Shown: piece after piece, positions 35,922 through 46,221 of the stretch
How the letters are laid out: the number at the start of each line of letters is the position of its first letter
How positions within the stretch are numbered: position 1 is the first letter of the stretch
Origin: a virus
Virus record (IMG/VR): IMGVR_UViG_3300047564_003843
Coordinates: 32,001 to 96,000 of that record
Length of the DNA stretch: 64,000 nucleotides
Direction: 5' to 3' (one strand)
The notes under the pieces: generated by a model
Told to the model about the DNA's origin: nothing
Databases searched by the model: none
The model's input: the letters and a program-made list of their open reading frames with translations, nothing else
Position numbers and translations under genes: made by a program

Positions 35922-36641
35922 TTGTTCCCAGAATTAAAGTTTAGTTCTGATGTTGTTGTAGAACTTGTAAAGCACAGCGCATCAGATGATGATGTGGCTT
36001 TTGCTGCTCGGGTGTCTACTTTGGGTGAAAGGGCTCAGTCTCAAATCGGGACTGAAGACTCTAAGCTGGGCGGTCTCATTAACTTTTTAATGCGAGACCG
36101 TCACGGCTCACCTTTTGAACATTCCGTGTTTACTTTCTATGTAAAAGCTCCCATTTTTGTGTGGAGAGAGCATATGCGTCATCGCATTGCTTCTTACAAC
36201 GAGGAGTCTGGTCGTTATCGAGTTTTAGACCCCGAGTTCTATATTCCTAATAAAGAAAGAAAACTGCTTCAGATAGGAAAACCTGGAGCATATATTTTTG
36301 AAGATGGTACTGACGAGCAGCATGCAATTGTCTATAGCAATTATCGCAGAGTATGTAGACAGTCTTATATGGAGTATGAAGAGATGGTAAGACTTGGCAT
36401 TGCTCGAGAAGTTGCTCGAGGGGTTCTACCTCTAACTATTTACTCTTCGGCTTATGTCACCATCAACTCACGCAGCCTTATGAACTTCTTATCTCTTCGA
36501 CGTAACGTTGAGGGGCAGAGTTTCCCCTCATACCCACAACGGGAGATTGAGATGGTGGCAGAGAAGTATGAAGAGTTCTTCAAAGAACTTATGCCTCTAA
36601 CTCACAAAGCTTTTGTTGAGAATGGAAGAGTTGCTCCGTGA
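35922..36641 (+). CDS. thyX: FAD-dependent thymidylate synthase
   Basis: AARVS, HGSPFEH, RHRIASYNEESGRY, REVARGVLP. Confidence 0.95.
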   Translation: MFPELKFSSDVVVELVKHSASDDDVAFAARVSTLGERAQSQIGTEDSKLGGLINFLMRDRHGSPFEHSVFTFYVKAPIFVWREHMRHRIASYNEESGRYRVLDPEFYIPNKERKLLQIGKPGAYIFEDGTDEQHAIVYSNYRRVCRQSYMEYEEMVRLGIAREVARGVLPLTIYSSAYVTINSRSLMNFLSLRRNVEGQSFPSYPQREIEMVAEKYEEFFKELMPLTHKAFVENGRVAP

Positions 36642-37321
36642 GTAATGGAATTGCATATTGTTATGCACGTGTATCAACTCAGATGCAAGCAGAAGAAGGT
36701 GTGTCACTTGATGGACAGGAACGCCAGCTAGTTGCTGCAGCAGAAGCAGCTGGTTATGAAGCAGTCATTCTTCGTGAAGAAGGTAAGTCTGGTAAAAACA
36801 TTAGCGGTAGACCTGTTTTGCGAAAAGCGTTAGATGAATTAGATGCAGGAAAGGCGCAAGCACTTTTTGTTACACGCTTAGACAGGCTTGCACGCTCTAC
36901 TCGGGATTTTTTAAGTATTGTTGACCGTTCACATAAATACGAATGGCGTTTAGCACTTCTTGATTTGGGGTTGGACACTGGAACTTATCAAGGACGTTTT
37001 GTTGTAACCATCATGTCTGCAATGGCAGAGATGGAGCGTGGAATGATTTCCATGCGTCAAAAAGATGTACATAAGGACCGTAGAGACGCTGGAAAGGTTT
37101 GGGGGGTTAATATTGGACCAAAATCTCCACTGTCTCTTGAAATTAGAAAAAGAATCTATGACGAACGTACAGCTGGACTTTCGTACGGAAAAATTGCTGA
37201 AGGTTTAGAAAAAGATGGAATCACTCCCCCTCGTGGTGGCACTGCTTGGTATGCAGCAAATGTAAGACACATTTTTTTAATGTTTACAAAAGAAAAAAGC
37301 ATTTTAGAAGCAGACAAATAA
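36638..37321 (+). CDS. serine recombinase (resolvase/invertase family) with C-terminal DNA-binding domain
   Basis: YARVST, SG, RLDRLARS, AEMER. Confidence 0.9.
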   Translation: MSNGIAYCYARVSTQMQAEEGVSLDGQERQLVAAAEAAGYEAVILREEGKSGKNISGRPVLRKALDELDAGKAQALFVTRLDRLARSTRDFLSIVDRSHKYEWRLALLDLGLDTGTYQGRFVVTIMSAMAEMERGMISMRQKDVHKDRRDAGKVWGVNIGPKSPLSLEIRKRIYDERTAGLSYGKIAEGLEKDGITPPRGGTAWYAANVRHIFLMFTKEKSILEADK

Positions 37322-37409
37322 GATAAAATTGCTTTAGCAATTCGATGGACAACGAGTTGCAGAAGACGGTTTTTAGCCGTCTTTTTCGCCCTGCGCTGGA
37401 GGCATTAAA

Positions 37410-40400
37410 GTGTCGCGTCGTTTTTCTGGAAAAGCAAAAACAACATTAAGACGTTTTTGGCTATCACTTGCTGCTACTCCTTTTATAATTTTTCTTGTTG
37501 GAGTATTAACTCCTCAAACTGCATACGCTTCCGACGAAGAGGGGGTGCAACCAGCACCAAACCCAAACAGCACATCAACTGATACAAATGCGTCGTCGGG
37601 AGGTGATCCACAAGCTTCTTCTAGTGGCTCAACGCAAGAGCAAATCACAGAAGCAGCAACCGCAGTAGCAACAGCGGAATCTGAAGTAACAACTCTTAAC
37701 ACTCAAGTAACTCAAATTACGGAGGTAGCAACATCAATATCTCAACCTTCCACGCAAGTAACAGAGGCAGTATCTAGCGCACAGATCTCAGTAGCAGAAG
37801 CAGCAACAGCTGTTCAGACAGCAGACGCAGCCGTTGAATCAGGTCAAACAGCAGTTACAGTGTCTCAAGTAGCAAATCAAACTTTAGCTCAAGCAACAGC
37901 CACAGTTACAACACAGACAGCAATAGTAGAGCAAGCAAGTACAGCAGTTGCAATAGCTCAATCAGCAGTAACTACTGCAACAACAACTTTTTATCAAGAG
38001 AATGCAAATCTAGGGACTTTAACTTCTAACCTATCAAGTGCTCAAACTGCGGCCACTGCTGCACAGGCAGCAGCCAATGAAGCCAACACAACCACTACAG
38101 TTACAGAAACTTTTGCCAACAACACCACAAGCGTAGTTACAGTAACTACTGGCTCTGGTGTATCTATCGGTGGTAACTGGAATACCGCTCAAACATCAGG
38201 ACCTGGTCTTGTTGTTCAGTGGCCCCAAAATGATGTTGTTATTGATGTCAACCCAAGCAACACTGGAACTGTCACTTCTGTGACCATGGGCGTATACGCT
38301 AAAAATGGTGATACAACTATGACAGCAACAAATACGGATGGCTCAACCACGACAACAATTATTGATAATAACGTTTCTGCTGAAACACAGGCGGTTGGAT
38401 ACACCTCAACTGAAACAATAACAGGCTCATCTATTGAGACACTAACAATTACAAAAGATGACGACTACTACATCATTGACAATATTTCGATAACTAAAAC
38501 TTCTTCAGACCCCGATTTAGTAGCAGCAGCAGAAGCAGCAAATGCTGAGCTTGCTTCAACACAGGCTGCTTATGACGCACAACTAGCAGTTCGTGATGCA
38601 TCCCATGCAGCTTGGGGTGCAGCTCACGATGCTGCTAATACCGCTCAAACAAATTTGTCTTCAGAACAAACAACTTTAGTTCAGGCTCAAAATACAGAAT
38701 CCACAGCAACTACTGTTGCTCAAGCTGCTTCTGCAGCTATGACAACTTTAGTTTCAACAGCAGTAACAGCTACAGAAACAGCAGTAACAGAGGTTAAAGA
38801 AGCTAAAGTTGAGATTGCTGAAGCTCAGGTGTCCGTGTCTGCAGCAGCAGTAGAGACTGTCTCAACCACACTTCAAACAGTCGTCGCTTCATCAGATGCT
38901 CTTGCACTACAAAAACCAGAGGTAGTTGCAGTAGTCGATGCTGCTGTAGATGCAGTGGTTGAAGCTGAGGAAGCAGTTGAAGCAGCGCAGACTGCTATGG
39001 AGACTGCAGTAACTCTTGCATCTACTGCACCTACAGTTGAAGCAGCGACAGCAGTTGTAGAAGATAAGACTCAAGTTCTAGCTACTGCCTCTGCAGCAGT
39101 AGACGCTCAAGAAGTAGTAGTAACGCAAGCCGTTACTACCGAGGCTGCTGCACAGGCAGTTGTTGATTCTGCTACAAGCCAAGGACTAAAGGTTGAGGTC
39201 TATAACGTTCAAGGACAAAATAACGCCCCAGTGTTAGCAGAAAACGCTACTCCAGTTCTTACAACTACTGACACTAATGGAATAAGCGAGCAGTGGGGTG
39301 GCGGTTATGTCGCTGGATCAAATCTCCATGAAGATGTAATTGTTAAATACACAGGAACTTGGACACCGTCAGTTGACGTAACTCATGTTCATGCCCCAGC
39401 AGATGATGGAGTAAAGCTCTACCTTGATGGCCAGCTTGTAATTAATGATTGGTACGACAAGGGTGGCGGAGGAAGTGTTGTAGAGCAAGCAATAGCTGCT
39501 GGAGATAGTACAGAGTTTGAGTTATGGTATTACGAAAATGGCGGAGGAGCTGGAGTTTGGTTCTACCGATACAACCCTTCAACTGGTTATGTTATCGCTT
39601 CTGGTTCTGAGTTTTCTCAAACAGCTGCTACCGCTGAGCAACTTCAGACTTTAGCAACTGCAGAAACAACTCTAGCCACAGAGACACAAACACTTTCAAC
39701 TTTACAAGCTACAGAGACTGTAGCTACTACCAACCTTCAAAATGCTCAAGCAAATCTTCAAGCAGCAAATACTGCAGTTGCAGCAATGGACACTGCTATC
39801 ACTGCAGCACAGACTGCAATAACAGAGACAGTTCAAGCAATAGCAGCTGTGCAAACTGCGCAAACAGTTGTAGCGCAAGAAGTTATTCTTCAAAGCCCAA
39901 TAGGAGCTCCAACTAATATTGTTGTTACACAGTTAGAGAATGGTGATGTTCAAGTTTCTTGGGACCCACCAACAGGTGTTATTTCACCAGAACGTTATGC
40001 AATCTCATGGTCTGTTGGAGATAGCGGATGGGGTGTTGCAACTGGTAATGCAGGAGACGCTAATGCTCTTAATACAAGCATTGTTCTTTCAGCAGCTTTG
40101 TTTGAAAGCACTGGTGGATTAGACACCACTTATCAAATTAGTGTTCGTTCAGATAATGATTCATTGGCTAAATATTCAACAACAACTGCTACTCAGTTGC
40201 TCGTCGTTGATCCCACCCCGGCTCCAGAACCTCAACCTTCTCCTCAGCCAGAACCAGAACCTGAACCCAATCCAACTCCTGTTGATCCAATTCCAGAACC
40301 TCCTGCCGAAGAACCAATTTTACCTGAACCTCCTGCAGAAGAACCTCCAGCAGAAGAACCTCCAGCAGAAGAACCACCTGCAGAAGAACCACCAGCAGAA

Positions 40401-41255
40401 GAACCTCCTGCAGAAGAACCTCCTGCAGAAGAACCACCAGCAGAAGAACCTCCTGCAGAAGAACCACCAGCAGAAGAACCTCCAGCAGAAGAACCTCCTG
40501 CAGAAGAACCACCAGCAGAAGAACCTCCTGCAGAAGAACCTCCTGCAGAAGAACCACCTGCAGAAGAACCACCAGCAGAAGAACCTCCTGCAGAAACTAC
40601 AGAAGAAGAAATTGATGCTGCTGTAGAAGATGTTATTAGTGATGGCAAGTTGAGTACTGCTGATGCTAAAGAAATTCTTGATGCTCTTAATGCAGATGGT
40701 GAAATTACTAAAGATGAAGTCAACAATCTTTCTGATGCTTTATCTGCTGATGGAAAGCTGACAGAGGCTGAAAAAAATCTTGTTGCAGATGCCCTTATTG
40801 AATCAGTTGCTCCAGGCGAAAATTTAACCAAAGAACAGATTCAAGATGCTGGAATTGAGTATAAAGACCTACCCGCAGACACCCCAGTCGAGGTACGTCA
40901 AGACGAGAACGGTAATGAAATTGTTATTATCGCTGAGGTGGCAGCAGCGCTAGAATTGATTGCTGACCCAACACAACTGGTTTCTGCAATATTTGACGAC
41001 CCTGCACAAGCACTACTTGCAGTAGCAAGTATTGGTGCAGATATGTCAGAAGAAGAACGTGAAGAAGCAGAAAAAATGGTTGTAGCAACTGTTGTTGCTG
41101 CTGGTGCTGCAATTCAAGCAGCGGCTGCAGCAGCTGGAACCGCTGGATCCTCTTCTGGCGGCGGAGGCGGAGGCGGAGGCGGAGGCGGAGCTTCTGGAAA
41201 AATGGATGGAACTCGTAGAAGAACTACTAGTGGAAGAGTTAGGAAGGTGAAATAA
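37410..41255 (+). CDS. large secreted/surface protein: signal peptide, Ala/Thr coiled-coil, PA14-like domain, FN3-like domain, EEPPA linker, acidic C-terminal domain
   Basis: AYA cleavage motif; ADDGVKLYLDG..VINDW and YYENGGGA (PA14); APTNI..VSWDPP (FN3). Confidence 0.8.
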   Translation: MSRRFSGKAKTTLRRFWLSLAATPFIIFLVGVLTPQTAYASDEEGVQPAPNPNSTSTDTNASSGGDPQASSSGSTQEQITEAATAVATAESEVTTLNTQVTQITEVATSISQPSTQVTEAVSSAQISVAEAATAVQTADAAVESGQTAVTVSQVANQTLAQATATVTTQTAIVEQASTAVAIAQSAVTTATTTFYQENANLGTLTSNLSSAQTAATAAQAAANEANTTTTVTETFANNTTSVVTVTTGSGVSIGGNWNTAQTSGPGLVVQWPQNDVVIDVNPSNTGTVTSVTMGVYAKNGDTTMTATNTDGSTTTTIIDNNVSAETQAVGYTSTETITGSSIETLTITKDDDYYIIDNISITKTSSDPDLVAAAEAANAELASTQAAYDAQLAVRDASHAAWGAAHDAANTAQTNLSSEQTTLVQAQNTESTATTVAQAASAAMTTLVSTAVTATETAVTEVKEAKVEIAEAQVSVSAAAVETVSTTLQTVVASSDALALQKPEVVAVVDAAVDAVVEAEEAVEAAQTAMETAVTLASTAPTVEAATAVVEDKTQVLATASAAVDAQEVVVTQAVTTEAAAQAVVDSATSQGLKVEVYNVQGQNNAPVLAENATPVLTTTDTNGISEQWGGGYVAGSNLHEDVIVKYTGTWTPSVDVTHVHAPADDGVKLYLDGQLVINDWYDKGGGGSVVEQAIAAGDSTEFELWYYENGGGAGVWFYRYNPSTGYVIASGSEFSQTAATAEQLQTLATAETTLATETQTLSTLQATETVATTNLQNAQANLQAANTAVAAMDTAITAAQTAITETVQAIAAVQTAQTVVAQEVILQSPIGAPTNIVVTQLENGDVQVSWDPPTGVISPERYAISWSVGDSGWGVATGNAGDANALNTSIVLSAALFESTGGLDTTYQISVRSDNDSLAKYSTTTATQLLVVDPTPAPEPQPSPQPEPEPEPNPTPVDPIPEPPAEEPILPEPPAEEPPAEEPPAEEPPAEEPPAEEPPAEEPPAEEPPAEEPPAEEPPAEEPPAEEPPAEEPPAEEPPAEEPPAEEPPAEEPPAEEPPAETTEEEIDAAVEDVISDGKLSTADAKEILDALNADGEITKDEVNNLSDALSADGKLTEAEKNLVADALIESVAPGENLTKEQIQDAGIEYKDLPADTPVEVRQDENGNEIVIIAEVAAALELIADPTQLVSAIFDDPAQALLAVASIGADMSEEEREEAEKMVVATVVAAGAAIQAAAAAAGTAGSSSGGGGGGGGGGGASGKMDGTRRRTTSGRVRKVK
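40326..40592 (+). repeat. 15-bp tandem repeat encoding (EEPPA)n, about 18 copies
   Basis: GAAGAACCWCCWGCA repeated in frame. Confidence 0.95.
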
Positions 41256-41438
41256 ATGAAAAACTTCTTGAGAGATGTGCTAGACCAGCTTTGGACACTG
41301 CTAGGCATGTTTGTTGCTTGGATTGTTTTAGACGGTTCAGCTAAGACTGTAGTCGGCTATGCCATTATCTGGGCCACAGCCGTATGGTTTATTACATACG
41401 GATTAAGAAACCCTAAAGAAGAAGAAGACGAGGAGTAA
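41256..41438 (+). CDS. small two-TM membrane protein
   Basis: DQLWTLLGMFVAWIVLDGSAK; abuts the large surface protein gene. Confidence 0.75.
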   Translation: MKNFLRDVLDQLWTLLGMFVAWIVLDGSAKTVVGYAIIWATAVWFITYGLRNPKEEEDEE

Positions 41439-41543
41439 AAGTCAGGAAGGTTAATTCCTGACTACTCCTTGCTTTATCCTTGTGTTTATGATAGATTTCT
41501 GAAGGACGCGCTGAACACAAAGACACAAATGGAGACATAAAAG

Positions 41544-42002
41544 ATGAGTAATGAGCTTGTAGAGCAATACGCCCAGCTTATTCAACCAATTATTGGTGAA
41601 GCTAAAAAGGCATATGGAGCTAGAAACCAAAACAGTCCAGCGCATCAAGCAAGTAGAGAATATACACGTTTGCTTGTTGAGTTTAGATCTAAAGGCGGAA
41701 GTCTCCCCCTTTTAGCTAAACGTTTAAATGTTGCTTATGCTGGTGTGCGCCGCCGTGTAGTAATGAATGAGATTAGTGTTTCTAATATTAAACCTTCAAA
41801 ACGTATAAAAGGTGAAGTAGTAAAGCTTGCCGCAGAGAGAGTCCGCTCTGCTAAGAAGCAAGGTACAGACCAATATCATGACCAATTAGCAGAAGAATAT
41901 AAATCTGGAATTTCTCTTTCTAATTTAGCAAAAGAGTTAGGTCTTAGTTCTGCCGCACCCCTGTACTATGGAGTTCAAAGAAGTCTTCAACGAAACAGAT
42001 AG
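41544..42002 (+). CDS. tandem helix-turn-helix DNA-binding protein
   Basis: GSLPLLAKRLNVAYAGVRRR and ISLSNLAKELGLS. Confidence 0.7.
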   Translation: MSNELVEQYAQLIQPIIGEAKKAYGARNQNSPAHQASREYTRLLVEFRSKGGSLPLLAKRLNVAYAGVRRRVVMNEISVSNIKPSKRIKGEVVKLAAERVRSAKKQGTDQYHDQLAEEYKSGISLSNLAKELGLSSAAPLYYGVQRSLQRNR

Positions 42003-42012
42003 GTAGTCGTAT

Positions 42013-43434
42013 ATGGGAAAGAGCTTTATGGAACAGCTCGCCCTTCTACCTGAAGAAGAGCAAGCAGCAGTTCTTTCTCGTATAGACCCTGAAATACTTC
42101 AATGGGATTGGCAATCTTGGGGAAGACCAGAGCAGTTACCTCCTGAAGGCGATGATTGGAATATTTGGCTTGTACTTGCAGGTCGTGGTTTTGGTAAAAC
42201 AAGACTTGCATCTGAATGGGTAAGAGACCAAGCTAAATATACAAATGAAGGTCAAAGACGTTTTGCTTTGGTGGCTCGTACTGCTGCTGACGTTCGAGAT
42301 GTTATTGTTGAAGGTGAGTCTGGGATTATCAATGTCTCCCCACCATCTGAGCGTCCGCATTATGAGCCATCAAAACGTCGTTTAACTTGGCCTAATGGAA
42401 ATACAGCAACACTTTTCACCGCAGATGAACCTGACTCACTTCGTGGTCCTCAATTTACACACGCATGGGGCGATGAGATTGCAGCATGGAGACAAACTCC
42501 AGATGCTGCTGGTATGACTGCATTCGATAACCTTCGAGTTGGTACTCGTCTTGGTGCAAAACCAAAAATTGTTTGTACTACAACTCCTAAAAGAGTTCCA
42601 CTTCTTTACAAGTTGATTGAAGAATCAAATAATCCTAAAAGTCTTTCAAAAGTTATTGTAACTAGAGGTTCGACTATGGATAATGCTGGAAATTTATCTG
42701 GCACATATCTAGACACAATTATGGGTGTATATGAAGGAACTTCTTTAGCTCGTCAAGAACTTTACGGAGAAATGCTTACTGACCTTGAAGGAACTTTATG
42801 GACAATGGAGATGATAGAAAAATCTAGACAAGGAGTTCTCCCTCCTCAAGCTCCGCTCCGTTGTATTGGTGTAGACCCTTCTGTTGCAGAAAATCCTCGA
42901 GATGAGTGCGGAATTATTGTATGTGCATCTACAGCAGATAGAGATTTGTATAAACGTCATGCTTGGGTTTTAGAAGATGCATCTGTTCTTGGTTCACCAG
43001 AAGTGTGGGCAAATAAAGTTGTTGAGATGGCAAGACGTTGGGGAGCACCAGTAATTGCTGAAGTTAACCAAGGTGGAGCTTTAGTTAGAAATGCAATTAA
43101 TGCAATTGACCCAAATGTTAAGGTCTTGGAAGTGCATTCAAAGCATGGTAAAGCGCTTCGCGCTGAACCTGTTGTTCTTGCTTACGAGCAAGAGCGTGTT
43201 CATCACATTGGATATCTTCCAGACCTTGAGTCTCAGATGACAACTTGGGTGCCAGGAGAGACCAAAAAATCTCCAGACCGAGTTGATGCCTTAGTTCACG
43301 CAATGACTGCTCTCCTTATTAAGCCTCCACAAGGATTTGTTGGCGGTAACTTGGTAGCCAAATCCTTTTCCTCACGGAGATTGCCTAATTTTAGAACAGG
43401 TGGCGGAGGTCGAGTTTTTAGTCCTAGAAACTAA
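42013..43434 (+). CDS. terL: terminase large subunit
   Basis: AGRGFGKT, LRGPQF, WGDE, TTTP, RQEL.G, GVDP, SPDRVDA. Confidence 0.92.
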   Translation: MGKSFMEQLALLPEEEQAAVLSRIDPEILQWDWQSWGRPEQLPPEGDDWNIWLVLAGRGFGKTRLASEWVRDQAKYTNEGQRRFALVARTAADVRDVIVEGESGIINVSPPSERPHYEPSKRRLTWPNGNTATLFTADEPDSLRGPQFTHAWGDEIAAWRQTPDAAGMTAFDNLRVGTRLGAKPKIVCTTTPKRVPLLYKLIEESNNPKSLSKVIVTRGSTMDNAGNLSGTYLDTIMGVYEGTSLARQELYGEMLTDLEGTLWTMEMIEKSRQGVLPPQAPLRCIGVDPSVAENPRDECGIIVCASTADRDLYKRHAWVLEDASVLGSPEVWANKVVEMARRWGAPVIAEVNQGGALVRNAINAIDPNVKVLEVHSKHGKALRAEPVVLAYEQERVHHIGYLPDLESQMTTWVPGETKKSPDRVDALVHAMTALLIKPPQGFVGGNLVAKSFSSRRLPNFRTGGGGRVFSPRN

Positions 43435-46037
43435 AAGTTTCTATTAAAGGCGTTAAGAGTATTCCAATCAATTTCTGCTGTTTGTACAGCTCTTGGGATT
43501 AGACTTTTTCCTTTAACTATTGCTCGTGAACCAGTTCCAGAAGTCTCAATACTTCTTTCAGCTAGTTTTCTTTGGAATCCAATCTGAGTAAGTGGGCGTT
43601 CACCGCGCTCATCACTCCATTGACGATATACACCATATAAAGTTTTAATTGGTATCTGAGCGCCAGAATTTTCAAGAGTCTCTTCAGATAAAAAGATTCC
43701 AATACGGTCTTCATTTTTGCGATACATCTCAGCTGCTTCCGCAACTTGAGTGCACCAACCCAATGCATCACGGGATGACGAACCAAGAAGTTTAATAGCA
43801 CCATCTACAGCCCAAGAGAGAACGGCTGGAAGTGCACCTTCAGGGTCAAAGATGTATGCCTTTAAATCGGGATCAGGATTTTCAGGCACACGTGTCATCG
43901 GCATCGGACGGATACGACGCCACATTGCATCGTCCGTGATGATTGGGCGGTGATTTGTCGTAACCCAGAGTTTTGCTCTAGATTCGAACGTGAAAGGCTG
44001 TTCTCCCGGAGAACGAGCCGATATTACAGACGAACCAGTTAAACGCTTAACCGCATTTTCTTTGATTCGTTCATTGTCAGGAAGCTCATCAACCCACACC
44101 ATACGCTTACCACGCAATTGAGCCCAATGGTAAGCGTCTGTATTTCCATTACTCATTTCATTTGCGGCAAGGATGTGAGAATCAAGAGGCCATGCATATT
44201 GTTCTGTACCAAGACATTTAACAATTGCTTCAACAAGAGTGTTTTTACCAGAACCAGCAGGTCCATAAGCTAAAAACATAATGTCATATTTGTTAGAACC
44301 AGTAATTGAGTAACCAGCAGCTTTTTGTATCCAGTCTTGATATTCCTTATCACCACCAGTTGCAAAATCTAAAAATTGTTGCCACCGCACATTTGTATGT
44401 CCTCGTGTATAAGTTACTGGAGCTCTTCTGGTGATATTTAAATCTGGACGACCTTTTAATAGTTCACCCGTTCTTAAATCAATAACACCATTTAATACAC
44501 CTAAAAGATTTTCATCTGCATCCCATTTGCTTACTGGTACTTCAATTCTTGGGTCAGACTTTGCACTCTCTATTGCACCTTTCATACGAGCATTTGAACG
44601 CGATTGATGTGCCCATTGAATAACAGATGCTTGTTGAGAGTCGGGGTATTGAATTACCTCAGCGGAAACAATTGGTGGAATACGCTTAGCTAACTCTTGA
44701 ACTTCCAAGTCTTCTCGGTCTGGTTTCCAGTAGCCTTCTTTCCAAACAAACCAACCCAAGCCGCTCGTATAGCGAATCCCAGTGCCAAATACGTCAACAA
44801 GGCGACGACCATTACCTGTATCAGAAAGCGAACGCTTTCCTTCATTTCCTCCATCTTCAAGTCTGAGTGCATCTGGATCCTTAGGTACATTGATGTTAGT
44901 TAGAGATGTTGCTTGTTCAATTGAGTCACCGTCTTCAATTCCAGCTAAAACAGTGCTAGATATAGGACCAGTTCCCATAGGAAACATTGTTGGTTGTTTA
45001 GGCTCAATTGGTGTTACTACTCCAGTAAGAGGTTTTAGTTCTTTCTGTTCTCCAGAAATTCTTAAAGCTTGCTGCTTTTGCCACTCTGCTGTTTCTGGGC
45101 TTAAGTAAGCAAGTTTTGGATTAGCAGCAACAAAATCGATTGCTCTGTGTACGTGATGAAGTAGTCCGTTAGTTCCTTCTATGTGAAGAGGTGGACGAAT
45201 CTTCTCGGCATTGAATCTAATCATGTCAGACTCAATCATTCGCCTTGAACTTGCATCTGTTCCAAATTTATTTGCTAAAGCACAAACAAGTTTATAAACA
45301 TCTACAGCTCTAGAACCTTCATCAATACCTTGCTCAAGCATCGCTGAGACATCAACTTTTTCATATTCAATGTCGTCCCAGTTACCACTCTCAAGAGTGA
45401 AATTTGTTCTTCTAGTTTGCTTGCGAAGAGCTTGTAGTAGTTCTTCTGGAGCATCGGCCATTTCAATTTCCCAAGGTGCCTTGCCCTCAGCCCACTCATA
45501 GTTAAGACCAGAACCGTGTCTACTTGGAGCAATCAAAACATAACCGTTGTGCTTTATGTCAATGCCTTTTAAATCTAATTTATTTAAGTTTCCAATTAGT
45601 CCTTCAGATGGACTGCATTTGTAGTAGATGTGTCGACCACGGACATGACGACCTCTATCGTCAGTGTATGCACCAGTTAATGCTTCAACAGTTGGTGGAA
45701 GAGCTCCTTCAACTAATTCTTCAAATTTAATAAATGAATCAGGACCACCAGAACGAGGATCAATATCAATTACTAAAAAACCACTCTTTGAACAGTGAAC
45801 TCCAATGTTGTAGTTTGGATTATCAGTCCACCATTTTTCTACTGTCTGAGCGTTACTTGTAGAGTTTAGATTCCACTCATTTATTGCTGGGTGTTTTCCA
45901 ACCTCTTTTGGCTCCCCGTGACCCTTGTTGCAAGTACAACGACCGTCAACAATTCCATGACATGGAAGGATATTCCAGCCAATTTGAGAGTAATAAGAAG
46001 AACCTTTTACAAGACGCTCGGAGAAACCGTCTGTCAT
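43431..46037 (-). CDS. bifunctional primase-polymerase fused to a D5/P4-family SF3 helicase
   Basis: GKHP, NIG, VIDID, GRHIYY, GYVLIAPSRH; GPAGSGKNT, WVDE, TTNHRP, DDAMWRR. Confidence 0.92.
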   Translation of the reverse strand: MTDGFSERLVKGSSYYSQIGWNILPCHGIVDGRCTCNKGHGEPKEVGKHPAINEWNLNSTSNAQTVEKWWTDNPNYNIGVHCSKSGFLVIDIDPRSGGPDSFIKFEELVEGALPPTVEALTGAYTDDRGRHVRGRHIYYKCSPSEGLIGNLNKLDLKGIDIKHNGYVLIAPSRHGSGLNYEWAEGKAPWEIEMADAPEELLQALRKQTRRTNFTLESGNWDDIEYEKVDVSAMLEQGIDEGSRAVDVYKLVCALANKFGTDASSRRMIESDMIRFNAEKIRPPLHIEGTNGLLHHVHRAIDFVAANPKLAYLSPETAEWQKQQALRISGEQKELKPLTGVVTPIEPKQPTMFPMGTGPISSTVLAGIEDGDSIEQATSLTNINVPKDPDALRLEDGGNEGKRSLSDTGNGRRLVDVFGTGIRYTSGLGWFVWKEGYWKPDREDLEVQELAKRIPPIVSAEVIQYPDSQQASVIQWAHQSRSNARMKGAIESAKSDPRIEVPVSKWDADENLLGVLNGVIDLRTGELLKGRPDLNITRRAPVTYTRGHTNVRWQQFLDFATGGDKEYQDWIQKAAGYSITGSNKYDIMFLAYGPAGSGKNTLVEAIVKCLGTEQYAWPLDSHILAANEMSNGNTDAYHWAQLRGKRMVWVDELPDNERIKENAVKRLTGSSVISARSPGEQPFTFESRAKLWVTTNHRPIITDDAMWRRIRPMPMTRVPENPDPDLKAYIFDPEGALPAVLSWAVDGAIKLLGSSSRDALGWCTQVAEAAEMYRKNEDRIGIFLSEETLENSGAQIPIKTLYGVYRQWSDERGERPLTQIGFQRKLAERSIETSGTGSRAIVKGKSLIPRAVQTAEIDWNTLNAFNRNF

Positions 46038-46221
46038 AAAACCTCCGTCGTCATAAATCCCAAGGTATCTTAAACCTAAAACCTAAGTCAAGACACTAAT
46101 TACATTTTTTTTCCGTGTAGCAAATTTACACCTTTTGGAAGACTTAGGCGATACTAACTCTCCGACATTTAATATAAACTATATTCATAGTCTTTTAAAA
46201 ACCATAAAGTTAGGAACCAAA

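Noticed and set aside
36638-37321. IS607-type transposon or prophage integrase
   Set aside because: There is no adjacent tnpB and no N-terminal MerR-like HTH, the protein is too short for a large serine integrase, and no att or host junction is visible.
40141-40831. Alternative-frame ORFs with QKNLL, VLLQE or SAGGS repeats
   Set aside because: They are shadows of the 15-bp EEPPA repeat in other frames.
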